Shown one piece after another: positions 1 to 15,039 of a stretch of DNA of 64,000 bases. A program made the translations under genes and the position numbers. The notes under the pieces were generated by a model. It worked only from the letters and a program-made list of their open reading frames with translations, was not told the origin of the DNA and searched no databases. Location: assembly GCA_951406725.2 (NCBI GenBank), contig OX597821.1:31868001-31932000 (forward strand). Direction: 5' to 3'. Position 1 is the stretch's first letter. The number at the start of each line of letters is the position of its first letter. Source of the DNA: Octopus vulgaris (Eukaryota).

Positions 1-638
1 TTACTTAGCAAATTTGAAAACTTTATAAGTTTAGCTGCATGAAGACTATGACTGATAGAATCAGTGCTGGGCGGTAATAACAAGGCAGATGTTGTTCTTG
101 CAACAATGTTAGATGTGGGTGACTTCGCAGTCTATAACGTATTCTAAGCATCTTTTATTTTAAGCTATGTATTTTATGTGTCAGAGAGGTAGATAAGTAT
201 TTTCAAACGAACACCTGCCGCACAGGTGAGACATATAGTAACAGACCGTCGTAAGCGCCAAATGTAAAAACGGAGAAAAACGTAGTAAAAATTTCGCGAC
301 ATTCAAAATGCGATATCTCAGCATGAAATGAAGTTAGGGTTAGGGTTAGGGAAGCTGGTTTTGATTTCAAAATAACTGCAAAGACCTCCACTAATCATTC
401 CACCAATGTGGATTTTTTTCTGTATGCACCTGAAAGATAAAAGAACGACTGAGTCTTGCTCATTTTGTAAAATATACCGGTACTACAAAACGGTGTCTTG
501 CATTGCATATTTTAGCCATAACACCTAGATTATTACAAAACACGTAAAATATAAACAGTACGATAGAATAGATACATAAATTTAGGTACACAGATAGATA
601 GATAGCTAAAGTGATATGTGTACGTATGTATCAAGGTG

Positions 639-735
<97 letters not shown>

Positions 736-750
736 ACATATATATACATA

Positions 751-2274
751 CAGATATACCTCACCCTAAGTAGTTAATTGGTTCCAGGAGACTCGACTCA
801 AGTCGATTGCTTGTATATGGGCTAGGCTAGGCCTGTTAATAGCCATTCCTCAGTACTGTAATTTAATTATGAATGCATTTTCGATAAGAAATGGTTAATA
901 AAAAAACCTATCTTAAGCTTACAAACAAGTAACTATTATTTTGTAATAAAGTAAAAAATAAGTAAAGTATTTAAAATTTACCAATACGTTAAATTCGGTG
1001 TTTACATTGTAGATTTAGATGGTGGAGGATCGTTGACGTCTACATCATCAGCTGATTTTGGCAGCTCTCGTTGTCGTTGGATGCGTTCAAAAACTGGTTA
1101 AGAGTGCCTTTTCTTCTTTTCGTCTCAAGGATTACGTTAGAAGGAGCAAAAGCTTCGTGATAAGCTCCCATAACCTTGGAAAAAACGTAGAGCATTTGGA
1201 TCCATATCTACGAATATAGCAAGACCTTTTTCAATGTAAGCAAATGCTTGCTACATTTTCTAATAAATGTGAAGTGGCGTGACTTGTGCTCTTCTTCTTT
1301 ATTTTGTTGCACGTTTTCTTTGATGATCTTCGGCAATGTCGCAGGAAATTCCGCTGTTGCGTGTTCGTCAGCTGATGCGCATTCGCCTTGCTCCTTGAGG
1401 AAGTAATAACTTCTCCAGATATTAAATCTCATAAACCATTCATGACTTTCTCGAACTCTGCGTCTTTCTCATCTGGACATTTTTCTTCCGGTCTTGAAAC
1501 AAAGACAATGCTTTCTCCTGAATGATTGTATGACTAAGAATAGCATCCTGACTATTCACCCTATCAATCCTAATAGATAGAAGACTTTCCATTTCTCCAA
1601 AGAATTCTGCAATTTTTTTTTCTTGTTGATGATAGTTTTCTTCATCCGTAGGGCTTCAGATGTGATACGTGTTAAAATCCTGTCATTATGCACCATCGTG
1701 GATACAGTTGTCCGACTTACCCTAGAAGATAGTGCAATCGCTACGATCTTGTCACATTTATCATGACGTTTTATCATCGCCAACTTATCCTCCAGCGTTA
1801 TAACAACACGCTTAGAACTTTCCCCAGGTCTTTTCTTAGAAGGCACGGGGGGGGGGACAAACATTAAAGCTAAAATGAATGCAAATGAGAGTATCTAAAC
1901 GACACACAGTTGAAAACAAATCTGAATACAAAACAATTGCGGGAATCGCGGCGACGCCTACCGGTAGATATTGGAGCTATAAGTGCAGTATGAGTTCCGA
2001 CAGACAGAAATAAGAAAACAGAAAACAGCTAATTTCATGCTTTAGTAAACTAGGCTACACTGCTTTATAGTGTGTATTTTAGCATTTACTGTATTTTGAT
2101 ATGATTTTATATGTTTTTATTCTTATTTATTTAGAGTTTTATGTGCTTTTAATGTTTTTTGGGTGTTTTTACGATTCCAAAATTAACACTTTTTTTTTCG
2201 AATTATTATTTTTGGAAACCGATGTATCTTCGAGAATGACTTAAGTCGAAATCACTTAAACCGAGATATCCCTG
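751..2274 (-). mobile_element. Tigger/pogo-like DNA transposon, internally deleted and decayed
   Basis: Imperfect TIRs CAGATATACCTC.. (751) / ..GAGATATCCCTG (2274), both flanked by TA. ORF 1556-1864 resembles a CENP-B-type N-terminal HTH (KRVVITLEDKLAMIKRH..IALSSRVSRTTVSTM). ORF 1208-1432 has the Tigger GE.ASAD motif (QGECASADEHATAEF). No DDE domain seen. Confidence 0.85.
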
Positions 2275-2426
2275 TATGTATATTCGTATGTATGTATGTA
2301 TGCATGTATGTATGTATGTATATATGTGTGTATGTATGTATATATGTATGTGTGTGTATATACGTATGTATGTATGTATTTATGTATGCATGAATGTATG
2401 CATGAATGTAAGTATGAATGGATGGA

Positions 2427-2498
<72 letters not shown>

Positions 2499-2561
2499 TG
2501 TGTGTATATACACAGACAGGGAGAGAGGAAGAGTTTTTGAATTGGTGTACAGATTTTGTAT

Positions 2562-2908
2562 GGATGGAAGCACTCCGGAACAGCCTACTCGTGAAATTAA
2601 CGTGTAAGTGGCTGAGCACTCCACAGACACGTGTACCCTTAACGTAGTTCTCGGGGATATTCAGCGTGACACAGAGAGTGACAAGGCCGGCCCTTTGAAA
2701 TACAGGTACAACAGAAACAGGAAGAACGAGTGAGAGAAAGTTGTGGTGAAAGAGTACAGCACGGATCACCACCATCCCTGCCGGAGCTTCCTGGAGCTTT
2801 AGGTGTTTTCGCTCAATAAACACTCACAACGCCCGGTCTGGGAATCGAAACCGCGATCCTACGACCGTGAGTCCGCTGTCCTAACCATTGGGCCATTGCG
2901 CCTCCACG
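2562..2908 (-). mobile_element. tRNA-derived SINE, family A, tail type 1
   Basis: Minus-strand head GTGGAGGCGCAATGGCCCAATGGTTAGG..GGTTTCGATTCCC with A/B boxes. 13-bp TSD ACAGATTTTGTAT at 2549-2561 and 2909-2921. Homologous to 19988-20372, with a ~40-bp deletion. Confidence 0.92.
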
Positions 2909-2929
2909 ACAGATTTTGTATATTGAGAT

Positions 2930-3730
2930 TAAGAAGGTAGTCAGGATGTTGGGTGATTACATAAGATTTTATTTACATTTTAGCGCATTCTTCCATTATC
3001 GGATTCATTAAAAAAGTAGCTTACAGTAAATTTCCTTCGCCTTTTTATAGAAATCTGAAACTGGTGATATTTTAGAAAGGGAAAGGGGGAGAAAGAAATT
3101 TGAGAGGGAGAAACAAATTAGAAAGTAAGGTGCAGGGATGAGAGGGGAGGAGAAAGTCGAGATAGTGAAGTTAAAGAAGAGAAAAGAAAATAGGAGTGTG
3201 TTTTGTGGGTTTGAGAAGGAAAGGAAAACAATGAAGAAAAAAGTTTAAGAGGGAGGGAGGGGAAAATGGGGCCTAGTTTTGTATCAGTGTGATCAGACTT
3301 GTTTGATTAGAATTCATTACGTTGTTTTTTTTTCCACTTTGTGACCTTTCTGTTGGGGGAGCAAAGAACCTTTTGCATTCAATTGGTCATAGATTCCAAT
3401 TGGAAAACCAGATGCTGTTTTTGATTTTCTTCAAGAAGAATCATAGTTACAATTCAAGGCCTTGTCTCCTGCATCCATTAATGTATCGGGAAGAGAAAAG
3501 TTGTATGGGTATGGTCAAATTTTTTTGATTAAAATTCCAGATGTTTTTGATTTAGCGGTGTATGACTTTTTGAAAGAGTGATTTTTAAGTAAGTATAGTT
3601 ATGATTTTAAATACAATCTGAAAAAAAGTTTAAGTGTGGGGAAAATGTTTCTCAATTATGGATGTGATCTTACTTTCCTTTAAAAGAATCAAATATATGA
3701 TTGGAGTGTAAAAACACCAACAAGCGAAAA
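2930..3730 (-). mobile_element. possible highly decayed Penelope-like element 3' remnant
   Basis: Minus-strand fragments KITSIIEKHFPH..FQIVFK and ..LESM.. resemble PLE thumb and EN C-termini; many stops. Confidence 0.3.
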
Positions 3731-4096
3731 TCTAAATGTCAATTAAAATAGACCTTGCTTAAGTGAATATATTCACAATTATAAATACAATGTAAATCAG
3801 AGGATCAGAATTTACAAACCATAAGGAATCATAAATATAATCTGGATGGGCGGGGGGAGAAGACATCGGAATATTCATGGAAATATACCTTCTCCCCAGT
3901 AATGATTGCTTTCATACAGGTTTTTCTTCTCTATCTCCACTATCTTACACTTTTTCCTCCCCTCTCATCCCTGCACTTTCCTTTCTAATATGTTCTTCTA
4001 CCCCTCTTTCTCTCGCTCATACTCTCTCCCACTTTCTAAAACATGTATATATTTATATATATATATATGCGTGTGTGTGTGTGTGTGTGTGTCTGT

Positions 4097-4496
<400 letters not shown>

Positions 4497-5611
4497 TACG
4501 TATCTGTGTTTACATACACTTATGTACATGTATTTTCCTTATATGTTTTCACTCTCATTATTACGCTAGTTTAAACTACGACATTTTCCAAGAATGTTGA
4601 GCAACTGGATAAATGGAATCAGATTTGTTTATGATTTTCAGTGAAGAATTCCCCTCTCTTTCCACTCTGATTCAATCATTCAATAATTTTCCCATTGATG
4701 GTATGTTTGGAACCACTCTCTTGTAAACAGCAAATGTGAACGTATAATATAATATTTTACTTTTCTACGTGTTAAAATTCAAATAGGAATCTGTAGCATA
4801 GCTCGAACTGCTCTTAACTTATGTGTGCCTTTTATATATCGCGTTGAGTTTGGATAGATTTAATTACACAATTATATAGTTTCGTTTCGGTATTTGAGGA
4901 CAATTTGCTTAGGCTCGTGTGGGGTTTTCTCTATTTGCAGTTGGCCTTATTTCTTTTGCTGAATTATTGTAATGTAATATTCACGTTGGATTTGAAACTG
5001 CTGCTTTAAATACGTGTTTGTTAAAAACGTATTATTTCGTGGTTTATTCTACTATTTTCTGTAAATCTTAAATTTAATAATAAAATTTTATAGCAAATCC
5101 GCGATAAATAATATATTCCTTGTTACACCTGAAACTCTTCAGGTTATGAAAGTCAAAGGCCATGGGTGTTTATAACATTGCAATAAAATCTGCTTGTTAT
5201 TAAAGCTTTAATAAAGTAACAGACGTGTCGTTATATAAGCAGATATTTTGAAGTTTCTAGTTCTCATATTAAAGTGGTATATGATTCTCTTCCTATGAAT
5301 GACAAAGAAATATCTAGAAATGCAGTTATATGTAAAAATACAGGCGAGTAAATTATGCGACTGTACTACCAGAGTAAAGTATAATTTCTTCCAAATATGG
5401 TATGAAAATTAATTCCAATAAAATATAATAAAATCAACAGAATTGCATAGTAGTTGATACATTTGTAAAGTTAAAACCGAGTTCATGTTTGGGTTTTACA
5501 GTATTTATACACTTCCGGGTAATTGAAACATACAACAAATATGTAAATAACTACACGAAATATAATCTCTTACCCGTTCTATGTTCAGAGCAGCTTCTTC
5601 AAAGGATTATA

Positions 5612-6488
5612 CGAGGTGTATCATAAAAGTTCCAGGAGAAGTTATGTAGCGCGCCAACAGATGCATCACACGTTTCGGTGCGCAGTAAGAGCTAGCAGTG
5701 ACATTCAGGTGACGTTCATAAAACACTGTGCCGAGTCACATAGCTAGGCTTATTTCGCAAGTTTTGGAATTTATGCTTTTGTGTTCACGTGTGCCGTAGT
5801 CTACGATTTTTTCATGGACTGGAACAAAGTGCCAACGTGAAATTCTTTGTGGAACTTAGGACGTCTGCCTTAGAGACATTGAGCATGATCTGGCAAGCTT
5901 ACAATGACGTGGCTGTACGCAAAGTTTCAAGTGGTACGGGAGCTACAGAAGAGGAAAAACGTCCCTGGAAGATGAAGTCTGATCTGGAAGACATGCCAGT
6001 AACGTTACCCCCGCAAATGTAGAAGTCGGTCCCCAAGGTCAGACCATAAATCAAGAATCTACTGCAACCTTTTGAAGCACTTGGGGTAGGGCATTCCCCG
6101 AAAACGACCAAATCTGTGGAACGCGAAGAATTGCACTCCGCCACCGAGCTCTCCACACTCATGTTTCTCGCAAAATAACGTGACATCGCTTCCAAATCCA
6201 CCCTTTTCGGCGGTTTTAGCACCTGCGGACTTCTACTTCTTCCCCAAGATGAAAACACACCTGAAGGGTTGTCGTTTTAACACCGTTGTCGAGATCAAGA
6301 GCGAATGATTAAAGTTCATCGACTTGCTTAAGCCATACGACTTCCAGGCCGGATTCTAATAAAAGTGGCGGGAACGCAGGGATCTATGTATTGTCGCGTA
6401 AGGTGAATGGGGATGCTGTTGAAACTCAGGTAAGCGTGTAATCTTTTATAAAACATAACTAGTATTAGAACAGTGTCATACAACCCTG
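5612..6488 (+). mobile_element. decayed, internally deleted mariner element
   Basis: TA-flanked imperfect TIRs. N-terminal EQSANVKFFVELRTSALETLSMIWQAY (mariner HTH) and C-terminal ..LAPADFY.FPKMKTHLKG.RF remnants. Confidence 0.8.
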
Positions 6489-7328
6489 TAGACATAATTC
6501 AATCCAGTGTATATACATCGTATATATTTTTAGTTGTCCAGAGAAAAATATTAGCCTAGAATCCCAAAAGACACTACGATCCCAATAAGACTGATGCCAA
6601 TAAGAATTTGGTTAAAGTGATACCAATAATAATGTGTTACATGCCAAACGCTTAAAAGAAAACAGAGGGTGGAGATGACAGATGCTGGATGTTCTTTGGA
6701 AAAGGAAATAAATATATTATTTAGTTACATGACAGAGGAAGGGTTGCACAACGTATTAATGTTCCACCATTGTATTGATTCCAGAGCGATGATTGTAAGA
6801 AATGAACCTAACATTATCTTATTGCTGAGTGTTAAGACCCTAAGTACCACATGACATTTTATCAAAAAGGTCTAAGTATTCGGCCACAATAACGCCAATT
6901 TTAGATGTGTTTTATATGATAAAGCAATAAGCGTTTGTATTACACTATATGCGTGGGGGTTTGTGTGTGTAAATAAATATAAGACCGATAATATTTAAAA
7001 AAATAATATTGTTGCTGGCCACGTGCGTACAGCCATATAGGCAAATTAATAATAATAATAATAATAATAGTAATAATAATAATAATAAGAGAAATAATAA
7101 TAATAATAATAATAATATTGATAATATATATATATATATAGATAGATAGATATAAAATGTAAAGGGTAAAATAATCAAAAGGAAGAGTAAGTATGGGGGT
7201 AGGCAGCTTTTTAATGATCACTACAAATATTTTGATACATATACATCTACTTATATACGGGGGGGGAGACGAGCTCTATTTGTATTCTAATACGTTCAGA
7301 ACATACCTAAACTATATATATATATATT

Positions 7329-7367
<39 letters not shown>

Positions 7368-7377
7368 CAACTATATG

Positions 7378-7411
<34 letters not shown>

Positions 7412-7436
7412 AATATATATATATATATCAACTATA

Positions 7437-7481
<45 letters not shown>

Positions 7482-8540
7482 TAGTATGTGTCTCTGCGTG
7501 TGTGTTTATATACCTATTTTTTTTGTGTTAGCCCACAGTATGCATATATATGTGTTTGTGTATGATTGTGAGTGAGTGTGTGTGTGTGCGCATGTGTAAA
7601 TGAGCTATGTCTCCGTGTGTCTTTACATGAAATGCACACAATCATATGTCTATTCTCTATTTTCGTAGCTTGTAACTATGTCAAGATGTGTTGTTAACTC
7701 ATAACATTTTGCTTAACCTCTAGCATTCTGTAGTGTAATTCCATACATGCCTTCTTTTCTCTCCTCTAAATCTAGTTATTGATATTTTAGCATTAATATG
7801 GTTTAATATAAACAAAAGCTCATATACACAATCCACTCGTCACAAATCACATACCTGTGATTGTTCCGTTAAGCAGACACGTGGCCTGTGGCTTCCGTTG
7901 TTTCGCCATTGATGAAATAAATTGAAAGTGAAGAAAGGCAAATTTGGTTGAATATATAAAGATATTTGTGTTTCGGTTTTTGTTGATAGTAGCACCAGAA
8001 ATTTTGGTTGAATTTCAGTTCTTTATTGGCATATCAATATCGACTCTTTACTATCTTAACATCTTCACAATGACACTTTTTATAAATACATCTTTACATC
8101 TGACCAATCAGAAAGACCAATGCACATATTGTATTGTATATTATTTGTGTCAAGTAGGTACACAAATTACTGGTGTGTAAACTGGCTTAATTTATTGAGG
8201 ATTTTTTAAAAGAAATATTTCGACAAAATTCATTCCGAATAAATGTTTCTGTGGGGTGTTGCAAAGGGTTTTTCAGACCTTACGACTACTGAAAATGAAA
8301 CTGAAAATAATAGGACTACATTTAAGTTTTCTGTCCCAATATATAATCTCGAAAGAAAGAGCATGAATGCATCGAACCAAATGTGTGCATATATATGCAT
8401 GCATGTATGAATGAATGAATGTATATAAGAACTCATAAATGCATACATCCATATACACATACACATGCACGTAGAAAAACAGGCAAAAAGACACGCACAG
8501 ACTCACAGACACAAAGACACCCCCCCACAAACAAACACAT

Positions 8541-8615
<75 letters not shown>

Positions 8616-8616
<1 letters not shown>

Positions 8617-9907
8617 GAGGGACGTTCAATAAGTAATGCCCCTGACCCACTTGCAGATGTTTGATCTAGCTGAAATTTTGCATGTGGAATTATTTCTATC
8701 TCTATAGATTAAGTGGCAAATTACAGGTCTGAACTAATTGTGGTTTCTTAGTTACAGGTGTTTGAACTGAGTCAAGTGTGAAATGGAGCCTGTTGAGTGT
8801 CGAGCGGTGATCCGGTTTTTGTATTTCAAAGGACGCACACCACGGGAGGCTTTTGATGAAATGAAAGTAACTTATGGTGAGGATGCCCCATCATATGATC
8901 TTCCAAAACGCTGGCATTGTGAATTCAAACATGGTCGGAACTCTGTGGAAACAGCTCCCAGATCTGGTCGCTCCCTTCTGCCATTGATGAGGCATCTGTC
9001 CGTCAAGTTGAGGCTGCCATGTTGGAAGATCGACGCATAACTATTCGCCAAATAGCCCATGAGGTCAAGATTAGTACCGGGTCTGTGGAAACTATCATTC
9101 AAGACCATTTGCATATGCAAAAGGTGGATGCCAGATGGATTCCCATGTTGCTCACACCTCTCCAGAAGCAAGAACGCGTCGAGTGCTCGAGGATGAATTT
9201 GGAGATGTGCCAAGAAGATGAGTCAAATTTTTTCAAAAGACTGATTACACAGGATGAAACCTAAGTCCATCACTATGATTCAGAGACCAAAGCCCAGTCA
9301 ATGCAGTGGAAGCACCGTGTCTCACCTCCTCCAAAGGAGGCAAGGGTGCAGCCCTCCGCTGGCAAGGTCATGCTCACAGTCTTCTGGGACCAGGACGGAG
9401 TAGTAATGACAGATTTCTTGGAAAAGGGTACCACAATTACAGGAGCCTATTATGCTTCACTTTTGAGGAAATTAAGAGAAGCTATCAAAATCAAGAGGCG
9501 GGGCAAGATCAGCAAAGGCATCCTCCTCCTGTAGGACAACGCTCCGGTCCACAACTCGCATGTCGCCAGACCAGAAGCACAGGCGTGCGGCTATGAACTC
9601 CTCCCCCATCCCCCCTACTCTCCTGACTTTGCACCCTCTGATTTTCACCTCTTCCCAGCCATGAATTTGTTTTTGAAAGGAAAGCGTTTCCCAGATGATG
9701 CAGCCTTGATTTCTGAAGTCACGTCGTGGTTGGTTGACTAAGCTTGGGTCTTCTACAAAAACGGTCTCCAGAGCTGTATCAAACGATGGGAGAAATGCGT
9801 AACTCTGGGTGGTTCCTATGTAAAAAAAGACTAATAACTGTGCCAAGTTTCGTTGCTCTACTGCTATGGGAAGTGGGTCAGGGGCATTACTTATTGATCG
9901 TCCCTCG
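8616..9907 (+). mobile_element. full-length mariner (DD34D) transposon in (TA)n
   Basis: Near-perfect ~36-bp TIRs CGAGGGACGTTCAATAAGTAATGCCCCTGACCCACTT; TA flanks. Confidence 0.97.
8783..9834 (+). pseudogene. mariner transposase pseudogene
   Basis: MEPVECRAVIRFLYFKG.., [39 protein letters not shown]; one frameshift near 8980 and several stops. Confidence 0.95.
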
Positions 9908-9910
9908 TAC

Positions 9911-9978
<68 letters not shown>

Positions 9979-10003
9979 ATATATGTATACATGTATATAT
10001 ATG

Positions 10004-10067
<64 letters not shown>

Positions 10068-10069
<2 letters not shown>

Positions 10070-10477
10070 CGCAGGAGTGGCTCTGTGCTAAGTAGCTTGC
10101 TAACCCACATGGTTCCGGGCTCAGTCCCACTGCGTGGCATCTTGGGCAAGTGTCTTCTGCTATAGCCCCGGGCCGACCAATGCCTTGTGAGTGGATTTGG
10201 TAGACGGAAACTGAAAGAAGCCTGTCGTATATATGTATATACATAATGTGTGTGTATGTGTGTGTGTTTGTGTGTCTGTGTTTGTCCCCCTAGCATTGCT
10301 TGACAACCGATGCTGGCGTGTTTACGTCCCCATCACTTAGCGGTTCGGCAAAAGAGCCCGATAGAATAAGTACTGGGCTTACAAAGAATAAGTCCCGGGG
10401 TCGATTTGCTCGACTAAAGGCGGTGCTCCAGCATGGCCGCAGTCAAATGACTGAAACAAGTAAAAGAGTAAAAGAGT
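10068..10477 (+). mobile_element. tRNA-derived SINE, family B, with internal (TA/TG) tract
   Basis: Head GGCGCAGGAGTGGCT..GGCTCAGTCCC with pol III box-like motifs; 3' end (GTAAAAGA)2; embedded in (TA)n. Confidence 0.85.
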
Positions 10478-11084
10478 ATATATATATATATATATATATA
10501 TAAACACACATATGTATACGTTTCTCTGTGTCTTTGCATAGTTACATATTATGGAAATATAGATATATGTAATTAAATGGGAAAAAAATATATTTCTACT
10601 CAGTAAACATCTATATAAACTTTCACATATGTAAAATAAATGTTTATCTCTGTGTAGCATTGATTTTCGTTATTTTTACATCTCTCTTATACAACCTCGA
10701 TATATCCACTTTCATGTTCCAATAACAATTATTTGGTTTCCTCCAGGTGTAAACGATTTTAATTCGATTGCTCTAATTGCGTACTTACCCTGCAGCACCA
10801 TTGTTTAATATCAAGCTAAAATAGCTCATAGCTTTCCATTTTAAATATGGTGGAAATTTACATTCTTGTCCTATATTAATATCGATAGTTTCCAGACACA
10901 TCCAGCGTCACATCAACGCGTAAACAATCTCCTAAATGTATTGAATACAGTTAATATGTACGTACGTCAGTATGCGTGTGTGCTTATGATCATATATACA
11001 AGTGTATGTATGTATGTATCAATGTATATATATATATATATATATATATTCATACATATGTACTTATATATGTATGTATGCAGG

Positions 11085-11125
<41 letters not shown>

Positions 11126-11126
11126 G

Positions 11127-11198
<72 letters not shown>

Positions 11199-11335
11199 TA
11201 TAAAGTTATAATTGTGAACCTTTACACAAAAACACGCACAGAAATAGAGAGACTTATATGAACTTATTTTATATATAATATATATATATGTGTGTGTGAA
11301 TGTGTAATATATAAATATATATATATATATACATG

Positions 11336-11370
<35 letters not shown>

Positions 11371-11429
11371 GTATGTGTGTGTAAAATATATGTATAATAT
11401 ATATATATTACCTACATTCACACACACAT

Positions 11430-11470
<41 letters not shown>

Positions 11471-11520
11471 CGCATATACATACATATACACATATGTATA
11501 TACTTACGAATGTATAGACC

Positions 11521-11582
<62 letters not shown>

Positions 11583-11958
11583 TAGATCAATATATTTGTA
11601 ATATGGATGTATATGTATCTATATTTTGTACAGCGATATGTACATATGTATACACGTAATTTTTGGCTACTTTATTTTTCTATGACTAAAATAACTTTTT
11701 GAACAGGTATCGGTGCGTAGAGATGTAACTGTAAGTCATTTATTTTTGTCAAATTTCCTATACCTGCTTCTAGTTGGAATACAATAAATCTTCACAGTTA
11801 ATTGGCGTGATAATGAAACGTTTAATATCGAAATGCTTTGAAAAGTGACGATAGCACCTATTTGGAGGCTATTTTAAAACGTACCGGTTTTGCAAATTTG
11901 TGTACGTGTGTTTAGGTGTAAGGTTTTTCTTTGTGATCGGTGTTTGTGTATATGCATG

Positions 11959-12027
<69 letters not shown>

Positions 12028-12447
12028 ATATATATATATATATGTATATATTGATATTAGAGTGTCCGTGTGTGTTCGTCAGTGTGTCTGTGTGTGAGCG
12101 AGTTCGTGTTTGCATGTATTGCGTACTAATATAAATAGTCGAAGAATAAACAATGCCTTTCAACTGAAATCGATTTTATTCGGTGCATTTTTGTTTTTCA
12201 TCATGCATGTAACCGTGAAAAAAAATTAGAAAATAATCACATGGATGAATATTATCTATATATTCTGATACACACGCACACACACACACGCGCGCGCTCA
12301 CACAGATATAGGTAGGGAAAGAAACCGTGATTTCTATATATATTGAATATCGCCATGTGCTTCGTACACAGACACTGATACAATTACTCAAAAACAGGTA
12401 CAGACATAGATGTATATAGTCAATATACACATATGTGTTCATGTATG

Positions 12448-12529
<82 letters not shown>

Positions 12530-12530
<1 letters not shown>

Positions 12531-12780
12531 TGATAGAAATGGCAAGAAAACAAAATAATGAAAGAGACCTCGATATTACGTAAATATAATATATGACGCT
12601 TATTCGGCGGCCATGTTAAAATTCCGAGTTTCGAATGTCGGGGCTGAAACCCACCTTGGCATCTCTTCAGTTATCGGGCTACAAAAATAATGCTATGAAA
12701 ATGACCGTGAAGGCAAAGGGAAATTAATGTGTGATTGACCGTTATTAAGACAAAGAGCTCTTAGAATGACCGCTATGTGC
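12530..12780 (-). mobile_element. diverged terminal repeat (pLTR) of a Hydra-like PLE
   Basis: Colinear with the reverse complement of 58985-59198 (GAAAGAGACCTC.ATATTA.GTAAATA; CATCTCTTC.GTTATC; AAGGGAAATTA); abuts (TA)n. Confidence 0.75.
12615..12675 (-). ncRNA. type I hammerhead ribozyme, decayed
   Basis: GATAA-CTGAAGA-GATG..CATT-C-GAAA-CTCGGAA-TT-TTAAC: canonical core, mismatches in stems I and III. Confidence 0.65.
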
Positions 12781-13444
12781 AGGGAGTAAAGATAAGGGAG
12801 TAAAATAATCCATAGTAATCGCGCAAGCGCGCATAACCTTGCGCGCCCGCACACATGCTCCCCGGCACACCCACGTTCATGTGCCTATATGTATATTCTC
12901 ACCTACCCTCACTTGAATTACAGAATGCTCACCCACACGTTCTCCAAAAAATATATACTTACCCGCATACACGCTAGCACACACACACGCGCATAAAATG
13001 TTCATACACATGTCTATATACGCATATGCACAAGAAAAACAGGGCAAAAGGCAAAATACAGAGAAACGTGTAAAAAAGTGTAAAAAATAAGCAATAAGAG
13101 TAAAACACTTCTATATACGCACATATTCGCATGCACGCACACATACGTCTAATATATGCACATACCGTCACACGTCTATATACGCACACACACCCACGTG
13201 CACAAAAATTTCATACATCGCTAATATTCATTTATTGCATATTTTCATATTAGATATAGAGTAGTACTAGGCATGTCATGTTCTAAAATCTCATTAATCG
13301 AATTTAAATTCTACACCCCTTCGATCTCTGTGTAGCAGCCGAAAACACCACTGGCATATATGTTTTGCAATCAAAGTAATGTGGTAACGCTTTGTTACTT
13401 TTCAATTATATACTCTCGAAGTGTGAACACCTTTGTGAAATATC

Positions 13445-14072
13445 AAGAAGCAACATAGCATTAGTCTGAAATTTTGTCACAAGCCCAGTATTCAATTGGT
13501 ATTTATATTATCAACAAGCAACGACGAAATCCAAATTCGACTTTGGTTGAATTTGAACTCAGAAAGTAAAGACGGAGCAAATGCTGTCTAGGCTTTTTTC
13601 CCGGTGTGCTAACGTTTCTTATTTCTTTATTGCCCACATGGGGCTAAACATAGAGGGGACAAATAAGGACAGACAAACGGATTAAGTCAATTATATCGAC
13701 CCCCAGTGTGTAAATCGTACTTAATTTAGCGACCCCGAAAGGATGAAAGGCAAAGTCGACCCCGGCGGAATTTGAACTCAGAACGTAACGGCAGACAAAA
13801 TACCGCTATGCATTTCACCCGGTGTGCTAATGTTTCTGCCATTTCGACGCCTTAAGGAGCATCATAATATAGGTCTCAAATTTTGGCACAAGGCTAGCAA
13901 TCTGAGGGCAAGAGCAAGTCGTTTACAGCTGATTCAATGTTCAATTGGTACATATTTTATCGGCCACTATGTCGACCTTGGTGGACATTGAGATCAGAAT
14001 ATAAATACGGACAAAATGCTGCTAAAAAATGTTCCAGGCGTGCTAATGATTCTGCCTGATCGATGCCTTAAG
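13445..14072 (-). mobile_element. cluster of three SINE copies, family C (Meta/MESC-like core)
   Basis: Repeated minus-strand core GTCGACTTTGCCTTTCATCCTTTCGGGGTCG.TAAATTAAGTAC and B-box GAGTTCAAATTCC; units about 13445-13612, 13613-13853 and 13854-14072. Confidence 0.8.
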
Positions 14073-15039
14073 AAGTAACGTGATATTGACTTTCAGTGTC
14101 TATTTAATGAGGACTATGAACCTGCGATTATAAAAATTCGCAATTAATTATCGATCAGATTGTCAACGCAAAGGAAATGTGTTTCCCTGTAGAAAATGTA
14201 ATGGCAGTGTTTTATATGAAATTCTGTCAAGGCCATTTAACTCTCAGTAATAAATATGCGGATATTAGCAGCAGAAAAGTAATCACGCTAGCTTCTCACA
14301 TATAAACATCTTTCTTCATTATAACAGAAGAAAAAAACTGATATGCTAATTACACTTAAAATCGAATAGAAAAGACGTAGATATTCAATTTTATCTAGGC
14401 TGTACGTACAGAATAATTTGCGTCAATTGTTAGTTTGCACTAACAAATAAATTAAAAGGTGTGTATATTTACAGCCCTTTCGCTGTTAATTAAGTTTCCT
14501 CAGTAGAATCATATGTCATATTTTCAAAAGTACAGTGCCTCGTTTGTCAAATAGCATGAAAGATACAAATTAATATGTGTCCTTTTTTTATATTTATATT
14601 TGTTTAGATTTGTAAATTATTAGAGACACTGTGTTCAAGAAATAGAATATTTTATGTTATCAGTTTATATAAATTCTATTCATAGATCATACTGCATGAA
14701 TATTTTACGAATAAAACAAATCGAATCAAGAACTGACAAACTAAATTATTTTATTTATCCTGCATTTTATTCGAAATTATCTGCTATCAATATTTTGAAT
14801 AAATTATTTTAAATGAGTAATTTTAATAATATATTTAACCTTAAACAGTTCCTGCAGAAAATTCAAGATTGATTCCCAAATACTGTACGTGTGCAAAGGA
14901 GATAGCAAGTCCACAATATGCAGTATTTTTACTGGCCATAGAATGAACATAATCTTCAATTAAGCTCACTGGCGTATACTACTGGCTTATATTTTCTTCA
15001 TCTATGTTGCGCCTTCCTAGTGGGTACGCCAAATTTGCT

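Noticed and set aside
334-351. (TTAGGG)3 as a telomere or fusion site
   Set aside because: Only three units with no inverted array; more likely internal to a repeat element.
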